Source: an uncultured Acidobacteriota bacterium
GTDB taxonomy: Bacteria > Acidobacteriota > Thermoanaerobaculia > UBA5066
Reading direction: 5' to 3'
Length of the DNA stretch: 64,000 nt
NCBI GenBank assembly: GCA_963779415.1
Contig: CAVZYA010000001.1
Span: forward strand, 96,001 to 160,000
This document shows positions 19,455 to 30,804 of this stretch, in pieces (within the stretch, counting starts at the first letter, position 1; each line of letters starts with the position of its first letter). The notes beneath the pieces are model-generated. The model saw nothing but the letters and a program-made list of their open reading frames with translations. It was not told where the DNA came from and searched no databases. A program made the position numbers and the translations under genes.

Positions 19455-22400
19455 CTGGAAGCAACGAAAGTCTCCTGCCCATATTGCTCGAACCCCGTCG
19501 CATCCGGAGCGGCGTACTGCCCCACATGCGGGCGGGACCCCTCGGATCACTCGCTCCACGGGAGGACGCTGGACCCTCCCTCTTCGAAAAAGGGGGCGGA
19601 CTCTTCCGCCGCACCCGCGGCCGACGAGACGGCCGCTCCGTCCCGCCCATCTGCGGCCCGGGAGCAGAGAACTTCCGGTTTCGCCAGCTCGATCGCGGGA
19701 ATGGCGTCGCTGCCCGAAGGGACGGAGATCGGCTCGCGCTACCGGGTCGTGAAGCTCCTCGGCCGCGGAGGGATGGGGGCGGTCTACCGGTGCCGCGACG
19801 AGGAGCTGCAGCGCGACGTGGCGCTCAAGATCATCCGTCCCGAGATCGCCGCGGACCTCGATGTCCTCGACCGTTTCAAGCGCGAGATCCAGCTTTCGAG
19901 CCGCGTGACGCACCGGAACGTCCTTCGGGTCTACGACCTCGGCGAGGCGGACGGAGTCCGCTTCCTGACGATGCAGTTCGTCGAGGGGGACGATCTCTCG
20001 AACCTCCTGAAGAGGACGGGCGCCCTCCCGACGCCGCGGCTCGTGGCCCTCTTCCGGCAGGTCTGCGAGGGGCTGGCGGCGGCGCACGAGGAGGAGGTCG
20101 TCCACCGGGACCTGAAGCCCCAGAACATCATGGTCGACGCCTCCGACCACGTCTGGCTCACCGACTTCGGCCTCGCGAAGAACCTCGGCGGGTCGGCCAT
20201 GACGGAGATGGGAGCCGTGATGGGGACCCCCGCCTACATGTCCCCGGAGCAGGTACGGGGCCAGGCCGTCGACAAGCGCGCGGACATCTACTCCCTCGGC
20301 GTGATCCTGTACGAGATGGCGACGGGGCAGGTCCCGTTCTCCGGAGGCTCGGCCTACGAGGTGATGATGCGGCGGCTGACGACGGCGCCCCGGCCGGTCA
20401 CCGAGATCAATCCGGGCATCCCCGCCTACCTCCGGAAGATCCTCGAGCGCTGCCTCGCGGTCGACCCGGCCGCGCGCTACCAGAGCGGTCGCCGAGATCG
20501 TCGCCGACCTCGACGCGACGACGTATCGGACGACGGTCCGTTTCGAGCTGCAGCGCCGGCGCTGGATGCTCGTCAGCGCGGCCCTCCTCCTCGTCGCCGC
20601 CGTCGCCATCGCGGGCGTCTCGTGGCTGCTGAAGCGGAGGCCGGCGCCGGCGAAGGCCGCCGGGCCGCCCCGGGCCATCCTCATCGCCGACTTCGACAAC
20701 AGGACGGGCGACCCGATCTTCGACGGAACGCTCGAGAACGCCCTCGGGATCGCCCTCGAGGACGCCTCTTTCATCACCACGTTCAGCCGGGGGGCCGCGC
20801 GGAAGGAGGCCGCCGAGGTGCGCCCGGGCGCCAGCGGCCTCTCCGAACCCGTCGCCCGGCTCGTCGCCGCCCGGGAAGGGGTCGGCACGGTCATCGCCGG
20901 GACGGTGGAGAGCCGGGGCGAGGGCTACCGCGTCTCGGTGACGGCGGAGGACGCGCGGACCGGGAAGCCGATCGTCTCGGCGGAGGCGGACGCCGACGGC
21001 AAGAACGCGGTTCTCGGCGCCGTCGCGAAGCTGGCCTCGAAGGTCCGCGGCGCCCTCGGCGACACGAAGCCCGAGTCGGCCCGCCTCGCCGCGGCCGAGA
21101 CCTTCACGGCCGGCTCGCTCGCGGCGGCCCACGAATACGCTCTCGCGCAGGACGCCGCGCTCGCCGGAAAGTGGGAAGCGGCGCGGGAGGGCTACGAGAA
21201 GGCGATCGGGCTCGACCCGAAGATGGGGCGGGCCTACGCCGGGCTCGCGGCCGTCTACCAGAACGAGGGGCGGCACGAGGAGGCGAAGAAGTCGCTTGAG
21301 GACGCCCTCGCCCGGCTGGATCGGATGAGCGACCGGGAGAAATACCGGACGCGCGGCCTCTACTACGTCACCGTCCGGAAGCCCGACAAGGCCATCGAGG
21401 AGCTGAAGAACCTCGTCGCCCAGTACCCGGCCGACACGAACGGCATCGCGAACCTCGCCCTCGCGTACTTCTACCGGCGGGAAATGGCCCAGGCCCTCGC
21501 GGTGGGCCGGCGATTCACGGAGATCTACCCGAGCGCCGTCCCCCAGCGGAACAACGTCGGCCTCTTCGCCATGTACGCGGGCGAATTCGACACCGCCGTC
21601 CGCGAGCAGAAGGCCGTCCTCGACCTGAACCCGAAGTTCCACCTCGCCTTCGTCGGCCTCGCGCTCTCCCAGCTCGCGGAGGGGAAGCCGGCCGACGCGC
21701 GGGAGACGTGGCAGAAGCTGGCCGCGCTCGACGCCCGCGGCGCCTCGATGGCGGCGATGGGACTCGCCGACATGGCGCTGGCGGCCGGAAAGCCGTCCGA
21801 GGCGGCGCCCCTCCTCGAGAAGGGAGCGGCCGACGATCTGAACGCGAAGAACCCCGACGCGGCGGCGGCCAAGCTCGTCGCGCTCGCCGAGGCGCAGCGT
21901 CGCGCTTGGGGAACGAAAAGGCGGCCGTCGCTTCGGCCGAAAAGGCCGTTTCGCTGGCGAAGGGCGAGAACATCCTCTTCCCGGCGGCGCGGGTCTTCAT
22001 CGCCTTGGGAAAGACGCCTCGGGCGCTGGAATTGGCGGCCGACCTCGGCAAGCGCCTCGAGGACGACCCGAGGGCGTACGGCAAGCTGATCGAGGCCGAA
22101 GCAGGTCTCAAGGCGGGCAAGGCCGCGGAGGCCATCCGGACGATCGAGGCGGCCAAGGCGATCGCGGACACCTGGATGGGGCGGTTCCTGCTCGGGCGCG
22201 CGTACGTCGAAGCCGGCGCTTTCACGGAGGCCGATTCCGAGCTGGAGACGTGCATGAAGCGCCGCGGCGAGGCGACGGCAGTATTCCTCGATGAGGTGCC
22301 GAGCTGGCGGCTCTTTGGTCCCGTTCTCTACTGGAGGGGCCGGGCTCAGGAAGGGCTGAAGAGCCCGGCGGCCGCCGACACCTTCAAGTCCTTCCTTGCC

Positions 22401-22466
22401 CTCCGCCCCGGCGCGGGCGGGGATCCGCTCGTCGCGGACGCCCGCCGGCGGCTGGGCTCGCCCTGA
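19455..22466 (+). CDS. Membrane Ser/Thr protein kinase with N-terminal Zn ribbon and C-terminal TPRs (frameshifts near 20490 and 21900; start uncertain, first ATG at 19701)
   Basis: GRGGMGAVY, VALK, HRDLKPQN, DFG, GTPAYMSPEQ; TM helix; TPR-like helices; in-frame upstream CPYC...YCPTCG. Confidence 0.85.
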
Positions 22467-22481
22467 AGAGGCGAACCCAGC
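22451..22481. terminator. Hairpin between convergent genes (possible bidirectional terminator)
   Basis: GCTGGGCTCGCC-N7-GGCGAACCCAGC, 11 of 12 positions Watson-Crick paired. Confidence 0.5.
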
Positions 22482-22499
22482 CCACCTGAAGGTTTTCTG

Positions 22500-25400
22500 T
22501 CAGGGGCTCGGGACGGGAGTGACTCGGACGTTGTCGATGTAGGTCCCGTAAGAGTCCGAAATGCCCAGATCGGCGAACGAGAGCGTCGTGGCCGTGCCCG
22601 TTGCGACTACGCTGTACGAGTACGTCGTCCACTGCGTATCGGAGCTCGTCGAAGTGGCCGTCAGGTCCGCGACAACGGCTCCGTTCCATTTCACCTGAAC
22701 GTGATTGTCGGACGGGTTCGGTGCGTTGGGCCGGGGAGAGAAGTCGAACTGGAGGCTGTACGTGACGCCAGTCACGGTCGTGAGGGTTTGCTGAATCGTG
22801 CTCGAGCAGTTGGAGTCGAGCTCCACGAACTGAATTCCGTCTCCGACGGCCGGCGACCCGGCGACGTTGCTCTGAATCTCGATCAGGCACGGAGCGGGCG
22901 TGGTGGCCGTCCAGCCGGGAATGGAAGCGACAGATGGAGTACGTGCCGGGCGTGATCGACCGGGTCCTCGAAGCTCCCGTTCGTGACGATGTCTCCGTTT
23001 CCCGCCACGGCGATGGTCAGAGGCTGACTCATGACCTGCACCGGGTTCGAGGAATCGGTCGCCTGCACGGTGAAGCTGTACAGCCAGGAGTGGTCGGGGT
23101 GCCGCTGATCAGCGCGCCAGACAGCATCAGACCCGGAGGCAGCGAGCCGGAGGCGATCGTCCAGCTCACCGGAGCCGTCCCGCCCGTCGAAGCCAGCATC
23201 TGACTGTAGCCTGACCCCACGACTCCGTAAGGCAATGACGTGGTCGTGATGGCGAGAGGGTTCGCGATTCGGAGGGTGTAGGCGCGGTTGCCTGTCTTCG
23301 AGGCGGAGTCCGTCACAGACACGCCGACAGCGAAGGTGCCGGCGACCAGAGGCGTTCCAGAGATCAGGCCGGTCGAATTGTTGATCGATAGGCCGGCCGA
23401 AAGGCCCGTCGCCGTCCAGACAGTGTAGGGAGGTGTGCCGCCCAGGGCCGTCAACGGATCCGAATAGAACTGGCCGGCCACGCCGTCGGAGCAGCGAGGA
23501 AATCGTGATGACCGGCGGAGAGGTCGCCGGCGTGTTCGTCGGGTCGTTCGTGTTCGGGGCGTGCGCCACGACGACCGGCGCCACGTTCTGGATGATGTTC
23601 GTGAGCGTCGGCGCGTCGACCGGACCCCGGATCGTCACGAGAATCGACTCTCCCGGCCCGAGAACGAAGGTCGCGTTGCCGTCGGACGGATCGGTGATCC
23701 CCGGATCGGGAGGGGTGCCCGGGGCGATGAACTCCGGGTCGATGACGCTGGCGACCGGAACGTTGTGCTGCTGCTCGAAAAGGAAGCAGTTCTGCGAGGC
23801 CGGAGTTCGCGTAGGGCTTGGTGATGATGAGTTGAATCGGTATGTCGGCCGGGGTTGTCCCTGCGAGCTGCACGTGATATGTCGCGGCCGTGTTCCCGTC
23901 GTTCGTCACCGTGTAGGTGGCGTCCGAGACCGGGGCGTTGGTGACGTTCGGGTTGGTGACGTTCGGATTGGTCACGTTCGGGTTCGTGACGTTCGGGTTC
24001 GTCACATTCGGATTCGTAACATTCGGGTTCGCGAGATCGGCGTTCGTGACATTGGGGTTCGTCACGTTGGGGTTCGTTACATTCGGATTCGTGACGTTCG
24101 GGTTCGTCACGTTGGGGTTCGTGACGTTAGGATTCGTGACGTTGGGGTTCGTGACGTTCGGATTCGTCACATTCGGGTTGTAGACCTCGACCGTGGTCAC
24201 GTGATCAGTCGTGCCATCGGGGTCGATGAGGGTGGGGGCGGAAGGATCGGTGTTGAAGACGACGAAGCCGGTGAGGCCGTCCGTCTTGAGGGGCCGCCCG
24301 GCGGGCCGTTCACCTCGGCCACGTCGACTTCGATCAGGGCGTGAGGATCCGTCGAGAGCGCGTAGACGGAGCGCGCAACGGACGAGTTCGCCGGGATGAC
24401 GACGTCGAGTGTCGTCGTCGCCGGCGGGAGCGGGTTCGGGAGCGGATTCGGTGCCGGCACAAAGGAGGCCTGGCCGCCCGCGGGCTGGGCGGCGATGGTG
24501 AGACGGAAGGTCCGCTCGAGCGGGGTGAGGTTCTCGACACTCAGCGCCAGGGCGCGCTGGAGGGTCGTCGAGAGAGGCTTGGCGTTCTGGGCCGACGTGA
24601 CGGCGAGGCCCTGCGAGATCCGTGCAGCGTAGATGTTCTGATTCCGCATCCCCTCGTTGCCCGGAGCGCAAGGGGGACGTTGGCGTGCCGATCGAAGACG
24701 CTTGTCCCGCCCGCTGCCGTGCTCCCCGGGGGCGTGTAGTCCGCCCAGGTTGGACCCAGGGTCCGCGGCGGGCACGACGTCCTGGTTCGACGTCCAGGAG
24801 GCGAGGAAGACGGGATTGGTGCCCGGCAGGCTGTTGAAGCGCCAGCGGCGGCCGGGGGCGCTCGGCGGCAGGAAGGTCGGGCCCGCCACGTCGATGTAGT
24901 CGCCGAGGAACGGAACGGTCCCCTGCTGGAAGAGCTTCAGGTTGGGCGGGTTGATCTGGAGTTGCTGAGGGCGCTAATGGTCACCAGTCTCGTCGCCGCG
25001 CGTGCCGAAGATGTATTGCGAGAGTCGCCCCGAGGTGAAGACAGGGGAGACGGCGGCATCGGCCTGGACGAATCGCAAGTCGATGGTGTGCCGCCATTGT
25101 GTCATCCCGGTCTCGACGAAGAATGGCGTGAAGACCAGATCGGCCCCGCCCGGATTGATGAGAAGCTCGCCCTCGAGCTGACGCGTCTCGAGATAGAGCT
25201 TCCCGGTGACCGGGTCCGGCGTGAGCGGATTGCTCCGGGGCGAGAAGAGCCCGAACGTGTGGTCGAGGCGGGCGTCGTAGTAGATGATCGTGATCTTGTC
25301 GGCCGTTACGGACATCTGGGGCATGAACTGGTGGCCGCGGGAGAACGAGTTGGCGACCGGCGTCGCGTCGTCCGTCAGTGTACCGTTGTCGATGGGTGTT

Positions 25401-26679
25401 GGCGTCGACCAGGTCGAGCCGCCGTCCGTCGAGACGGAGAGGACTACTCGCGCGTCACCGTTCGGTCCGATGCCCCGCTGCGACCAGGCGACGAAGACCT
25501 TCCCCCGGAAGGTGGGGGTGTCGGGCTCGTCGTCATCTTCGGAGCCGGCGTCCGGGCGGCGGTCGATTCCGATCGTCGGGTAGGCGTTTGTCCGGAAAGA
25601 GTCTGTCGACGTCCCCTGATCGAAGAATGACGGGGCCGTCGGATTCGCGGCGTTGTAAGCCGGGAGCGAGACGACGACGGACGGCGTCGAGAAGAGAATG
25701 CCGCGAAGCGACCGGGTGACCATGATCGCGTCCGTCTGTGATCCTCTGGCGAACCTCCGCCAGACGACGTAGACGACGCCGGTGGCTGGGTCGATCGCGA
25801 TCGAAGCCCCCTGGTTGACCTTGTTCGTCCCGTTCAGCTTGACCGGCCGGCTCCACGAGCTCCCGCAGTCCCTGGAAGACGAGAAGAAGACGTTCGTGGT
25901 CAGGGAGCCCCCTGTACCGGTGGCTTCGGTCCAGGCCGCGTAGACCGAGCCGGCAGGCACCGTCTGCGAGACCGTGGCGTCCGGATTCCCCGGCTGAGGC
26001 TGCGGGATGGTCAGGTTGCAGACGCCGCTGAGGAGGCGCGGCTTGTCCACGGCGATCCACGGCTTGTCGATGAAGGGAGATCCCGTGGAGCTGTCGACGA
26101 CCTGCGTGTCGATGTACCGGATCGGATCGGAATCAAGCGTGGGATCGCCGTTCTCCTTGTTGTTCAGGTCCATGAACCTCGAGACGAAGAGGACGCCGGC
26201 GTTCGTGCTCCGGTTGAAGGCGATCCCCGAGTAGTAGAAGAGCCCGTTCGTGCCGGCGCGGACGACCGGGTCGGCCGCGGTCGTGAACGTGGAGAGCGGC
26301 CCCGTGCGCGGAACCTGCTGCGGGTACCCCGGCAGGAGCGTGCTCTTCCAGGTGATGCCGCCGTCGAAGGACTTGAAGACACCCAGCCAGGCATCGCCGG
26401 TCTCGGGGGGGCCCGAAGTCGGGGGGAACGGGAGGTCCACGGCCCGATAGTCGTTCGCCCCCGCGAGAAGGTGGCGGGGATTCCGGCGAAGACATGGCGA
26501 CGAGGGCTCGTTCTGGCGCTGGAGGAACGGATCGCCGCCGGGCCACTGGATGCCCGAGACCATGTTCACGTTCTGGCTGGCCACCTGCGCCAGCGGCGGG
26601 CCGCGCCGGGAGGCTGAGCCCTGCGAGAAGGGTGGCGAGAGGCGACGGGGACGAGCAGGCCGGCATTCGGACCACGCAT
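22500..26679 (-). CDS. Large secreted multidomain protein: signal peptide, Asp-box/BNR sialidase-like propeller, (NPNVT)n repeat, two putative Ig (He_PIG-like) domains, DUF642-like C-terminus; split by many indels
   Basis: AGGAG RBS before ATG 26679; Asp boxes SFDGGITW, SRDCGSSW, STDGGSTW; GGTPPY...GLISGTP and SLPPGL...ISGTPT; NGSFEDP...VELDS...IDNV. Pieces fall in consecutive minus-strand ORFs. Confidence 0.75.
23940..24179 (-). repeat. 16 x 15-bp coding tandem repeat (15 NPNVT plus one NADLA)
   Basis: Counted directly; NPNVT units differ only at synonymous positions. Confidence 0.95.
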
Positions 26680-26834
26680 CAGATGCTCCTTTTTCGAAAG
26701 AGAGGGAGGGGAAAGAAATCGGTTGAGGGGGTTTTCTGTTGAAGTCTGGAGAGGGCCGTCCCGTTTCTCACGGCTGCGGCGCTTTGATTCATTTCCGCAT
26801 CCAGGGGTAAGCTCTGTGCCCTGGAGCGAATTCT

Positions 26835-26853
26835 GTCAATGAGATTCATTCTC
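26835..26853. promoter_or_regulatory. Fur-box-like operator overlapping a minus-strand TTGACA (26834-26839)
   Basis: GTCAATGAGATTCATTCTC matches GATAATGATAATCATTATC at 14 of 19 positions. Confidence 0.5.
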
Positions 26854-27193
26854 CGTTGCGACAGCCGGCCGGGGGACCCGGGAGTCCGCGGGGCCCGGAA
26901 GGAAGGCCGGGCGCCGCGGCGGCGCCCGGCGGAGCGGATCGATCGAGGGAAAGTCCGGTGCACGCCCGAAGAACCGGCGGAGAAAAGCGGGCCCGAAAAT
27001 GGCGTGGAGGGGGTGCTCCAGGGTATTGAAATCAAAGCGGTTACGGGATTTCAGAGCCGCTGTGCGAAAAGCTGTGGATTCGCGTTCGAAAAGTGGGGTT
27101 CACGCGGTATTTACAGGGGTCTCACGAGGTCGCACAGGAACCGGTGCAGGGAGACGCGGCGCGTCGTTCTGGTATCTTCCGCCGGGGTTCTTC

Positions 27194-27730
27194 ATGATCG
27201 TTCGCACATACAGAGGAGCCACTCCGCGACTCGGCGAGCGGGTCTTTCTCGCGGAGACGGCCGTCGTCGTCGGAGACGTCGTCCTCGGCGACGACGTCTC
27301 GATCTGGTACTCGTCGGTCGTCCGCGGCGACTGCTGCTGGATCCGGATCGGGGCGCGGAGCAACGTCCAGGACAACTGCACGCTCCACGTCACGAAGGAG
27401 ACCGGGCCTCTCGTCCTCGAGGAGGAGGTCACTCTCGGCCACAACGCCGTCGTCCACGCCTGCACGATCCGGAGAGGGACGCTGATCGGGATGAACGCCA
27501 CCGTCCTCGACAACGCGGAAGTGGGCGAGAGCGCGCTCGTGGCGGCGGGCTCAGTCGTCCTCGCCGGGACGATCGTCCCGCCCCGGACGCTCTGGGCGGG
27601 GAATCCGGCGAGGCAGAAGCGGGCCCTGACGCCTGAGGAGGTCGAGGGGCTTCGGACGTACTGGACGAACTACATCGGCTACAAGGCCGAGTATCTCCGC
27701 GGCGAGGCCGCTTCGGCGCGATCGGCGTGA
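27194..27730 (+). CDS. Gamma-class carbonic anhydrase family (YrdA-like hexapeptide repeat)
   Basis: VVRGD, NVQDNCTLH, GHNAVVHAC metal-binding His; hexapeptide repeats. Confidence 0.92.
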   Translation: MIVRTYRGATPRLGERVFLAETAVVVGDVVLGDDVSIWYSSVVRGDCCWIRIGARSNVQDNCTLHVTKETGPLVLEEEVTLGHNAVVHACTIRRGTLIGMNATVLDNAEVGESALVAAGSVVLAGTIVPPRTLWAGNPARQKRALTPEEVEGLRTYWTNYIGYKAEYLRGEAASARSA

Positions 27731-27734
27731 CCGG

Positions 27735-29013
27735 ATGATTACGTCGCAGAAGGGGACGCGGGACCTTCTCCCTCCCGAGACGCGGGTCTGGAACTGCGTC
27801 GAGCGGACGGCGCGGGAGGTCTTCGGGCTCTACGGCTTCGACGAGATCCGGACGCCGACGTTCGAGGCGACGGAGCTCTTCGTCCGGAGCGTCGGCGAGT
27901 CGACCGACATCGTCCACAAGGAGATGTACACCTTCACGGACCGGGGGGGGCGCTCCGTCACGCTCCGGCCGGAGAACACGGCGGGGGTGGCACGGGCCTA
28001 CGTCGAGCACAGCCTCGCACAGGCGGGCCGCCCCTGGAAGCTCTACTACATGGGTCCTCAGTTCCGCTACGAGCGACCCCAGAAAGGGCGCTTTCGGGAG
28101 TTCCGGCAGATCGGCGCCGAAGTGCTCGGCGACCCGACGGCACTGATCGACGCCGAGGTCATCGTCATGCTGTTCGATTTCCTCGGGCGGCTCGGGTTCA
28201 CGGGCCTCTCGGTATCGCTCAATTCCGTGGGGACCGAGGAGCGACGCGGCCGGCTTACGTCGAAGCCGTGAGGACGTTCTTCTCTTCGAATGAGGGGAAG
28301 CTCGGCGAAGACGACCGCAGGCGCCTCGCGCGAGAACCCGCTGCGGGTCCTCGACTCGAAGGATCCCGCGGTCAGGCGAGCTCGTCGCTTCACCCGATTT
28401 TCCGAAGATGGTCGACCTCCTGTCGACGCTCGACCCGGCCTCGGACGCTCACCATCGCGAACTCAAGGCGCTTCTCGATCCAGAGCAAGGTCCCTTTCAA
28501 GGAAGAGCCCCGTCTCGGTCCGCGGCCTCGACTACTACACGCGGACCGTCTTCGAGGTGACCGCGGAAGGGCTCGGGGCGCAGGACGCGCTCGCTCGGCG
28601 GCGGCCGCTACGACCGTCTCGTCTCCGACCTCGGCGGACCGAAGACTCCCGGGATCGGTTTCGCCATCGGCGAGGACCGGCTCGTCGAGGTTCTCCCGGA
28701 GTCCTTCAGAAGGAGGGCTCGGGAAAGCGCGTGCTCCGTGGCCGTGATGCCGGTGGGAAGCCCCGACGTGCCCGATGCGTGGGAGGTCGCGAGATCCCTT
28801 CGCGCGGCGGGGATCGCGGCCGACCTGCACTCGGGGCACAAGGGGCTCGGCCCGGCCCTGAAGTCCGCCGAGAAGTCGGGCGCGAAGTGGGCCATTCTCG
28901 TCGGGCAGGAGGAGACGCAGAGAGGCGCCGTGGTCGTGAAGAACATGGCGAGCCGGACCCAGGAAGAGATCCCCCGGGAGTCCCTCGCCGACGTTCTCCG
29001 TCCGCGTCTGTAA
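27735..29013 (+). CDS. hisS: Histidine--tRNA ligase (several apparent indels 28250-28600)
   Basis: KGTRD, DIVHKEMY, LRPENTA, FRYERPQKGRFREF, NPLRVLDSKD, VRGLDYYTRTVFE, GGRYD, anticodon domain in ORF 28738..29013. Confidence 0.92.
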
Positions 29014-29024
29014 GATCCACGCGG

Positions 29025-30776
29025 ATGTCCGCACTCGCGCGCACCCCCGCCGGCGCCCTTCGGAAGGACCATGCGGGGCAGACCGTCCGTCTCGAGGGCT
29101 GGGTCAATCGCCGCCGCGACCACGGCGAGCTGGTCTTCGTGGACCTTCGCGACCGGTCGGGCCTCGTCCAGGTCGTCTTCGACGCGCGGTTCCTTCCGTC
29201 GAAGGAGATTCTCGAGACCGCCAAGGAGATCCGGAGCGAGTTCGTCCTCGACGTCGAGGGGACCGTCGTCCCGCGCGAAGGCGGCGCCGTGAACCCGGAG
29301 CTTCCGACGGGCGAAGTCGAGGTCCGCGCGACGGCCCTTTCGATCCTGAACCGCTCGGAGACGCCGCCGTTCCCGATCGAGGACGACGTGAAGGCCTCCG
29401 AGGACCTGCGGCTCAAGCACCGCTATCTCGACCTCCGTCGTCCCGTCATGACGCGGAACTTCGTCATGCGGAGCGACGTGACGTTCCGGATCCGGAAGAT
29501 CCTGCACGAGGAGGGCTTTCTCGAGATCGAGACCCCGATCCTGACGAAGTCGACGCCGGAAGGAGCGCGCGACTTCCTCGTCCCGGCCCGGGTCCACCCG
29601 GGCGAGTTCTACGCGCTGCCGCAGTCGCCGCAGCTCTTCAAGCAGCTCCTGATGGTCTCGGGGATGGAGCGGTATTACCAGATCGCGCGCTGCTTCCGGG
29701 ACGAGGACCTCCGGGCGGACCGGCAGCCGGAGTTCACGCAGGTCGACCTCGAGCTCTCCTTCCCGACCGAGGAGACGATCTTCGCGCTCGTCGAGCGCCT
29801 CTTCGCCGACGTCTTTCCGATGTGCGGCATTCCGTGTCCGACCCCCTTTCCACGGATGACGTACGACGAGGCGATGGAGCGGTTCGGGATCGACCGGCCG
29901 GATACACGGTTCGGCCTCGAGCTCGGCGACGTCGCGGGGCTCGAAGAGAAGATCCCTTCGAAAGTGGAGAAGGTGAAGGGCCTCTGCGTCCCCGGTGGAG
30001 GCTCTTTCTCGCGCAAGCGCCTCGACGATTTCGAGAAGGGGGCGAAGGCGGCGGGCGCGGAGTGGTTCTTCTGGGTGAAGACGTCCTCCCCCTGGAATTC
30101 CAATTCGAAGAAATTCTTCGACGACGGCTCCGTCGAGCGCCTCCGCGAGTCGGTCGGCGCGAAGGAGGGCGACCTCGTCCTCGTCGCCGCCGGAAAGGCC
30201 AAGAACGTTTTCGACTGCCTCGCCTCTCTCCGCGTCCAGATCGCCCGCGAGGAAAAGCGGATCCCCGAGGGGCGTCACGATTTCCTCTGGGTGACCGACT
30301 TCCCGCTCCTCGAGTGGCATGAGGAAGACCGGCGGTGGTACGCGATGCATCACCCCTTCACGTCGCCGCGCGAGGAGGATCTTCCCTTCCTCGACTCCGA
30401 CCCGGGACGCGTCAAGGCGCGGGCGTACGACGTCGTCCTGAACGGGATGGAGCTCGGAGGCGGCTCGATCCGCATCCACCGGCCGGACGTCCAGTCGCAG
30501 GTTTTCGCGCGGCTCGGGATCGGGCCCGACGAGGCTCGCGCGAAGTTCGGATTTCTCCTCGACGCGTTCCGTTTCGGCGCGCCCCCGCATGGCGGTATCG
30601 CGCTCGGGCTCGACCGGATGCTGATGGTCCTCTCGGGGAGCACGTCGATCCGCGACGTCATCGCGTTCCCGAAGACGGCGTCGGGCACCTGCCTCATGAC
30701 CGGCTCGCCGGGGCCGGTCGATCCCGCTCAGCTCTCGGAGCTGGGGATCGCGCTGGCGAAGCCGGTCAAGAGTTGA
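29025..30776 (+). CDS. aspS: Aspartate--tRNA ligase (likely non-discriminating Asp/Asn)
   Basis: RRDHG, STPEGARDF, LPQSPQLFKQ, FRDEDLRADRQPEFTQ, GGGSIRIH, PPHGG. Confidence 0.96.
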   Translation: MSALARTPAGALRKDHAGQTVRLEGWVNRRRDHGELVFVDLRDRSGLVQVVFDARFLPSKEILETAKEIRSEFVLDVEGTVVPREGGAVNPELPTGEVEVRATALSILNRSETPPFPIEDDVKASEDLRLKHRYLDLRRPVMTRNFVMRSDVTFRIRKILHEEGFLEIETPILTKSTPEGARDFLVPARVHPGEFYALPQSPQLFKQLLMVSGMERYYQIARCFRDEDLRADRQPEFTQVDLELSFPTEETIFALVERLFADVFPMCGIPCPTPFPRMTYDEAMERFGIDRPDTRFGLELGDVAGLEEKIPSKVEKVKGLCVPGGGSFSRKRLDDFEKGAKAAGAEWFFWVKTSSPWNSNSKKFFDDGSVERLRESVGAKEGDLVLVAAGKAKNVFDCLASLRVQIAREEKRIPEGRHDFLWVTDFPLLEWHEEDRRWYAMHHPFTSPREEDLPFLDSDPGRVKARAYDVVLNGMELGGGSIRIHRPDVQSQVFARLGIGPDEARAKFGFLLDAFRFGAPPHGGIALGLDRMLMVLSGSTSIRDVIAFPKTASGTCLMTGSPGPVDPAQLSELGIALAKPVKS

Positions 30777-30804
30777 GGAAGAGAAGATCGGGGATTTTCC
30801 GAAA

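Noticed and set aside
19455-22466. Kinase as a PknG orthologue regulating Kgd
   Set aside because: It shares the Cys-motif/kinase/TPR order but has a TM helix before the TPRs, and no FHA (GarA/OdhI) gene is in the window
23940-24179. 15-bp repeats as a CRISPR array
   Set aside because: No spacers, variation only at synonymous positions, in frame within a gene, and no cas genes
27735-29013. hisS, secA or purC as pseudogenes or programmed frameshifts
   Set aside because: Motifs are intact on both sides, the genes are normally essential or conserved, and no consistent slippery-site signal is seen; sequencing error is more likely
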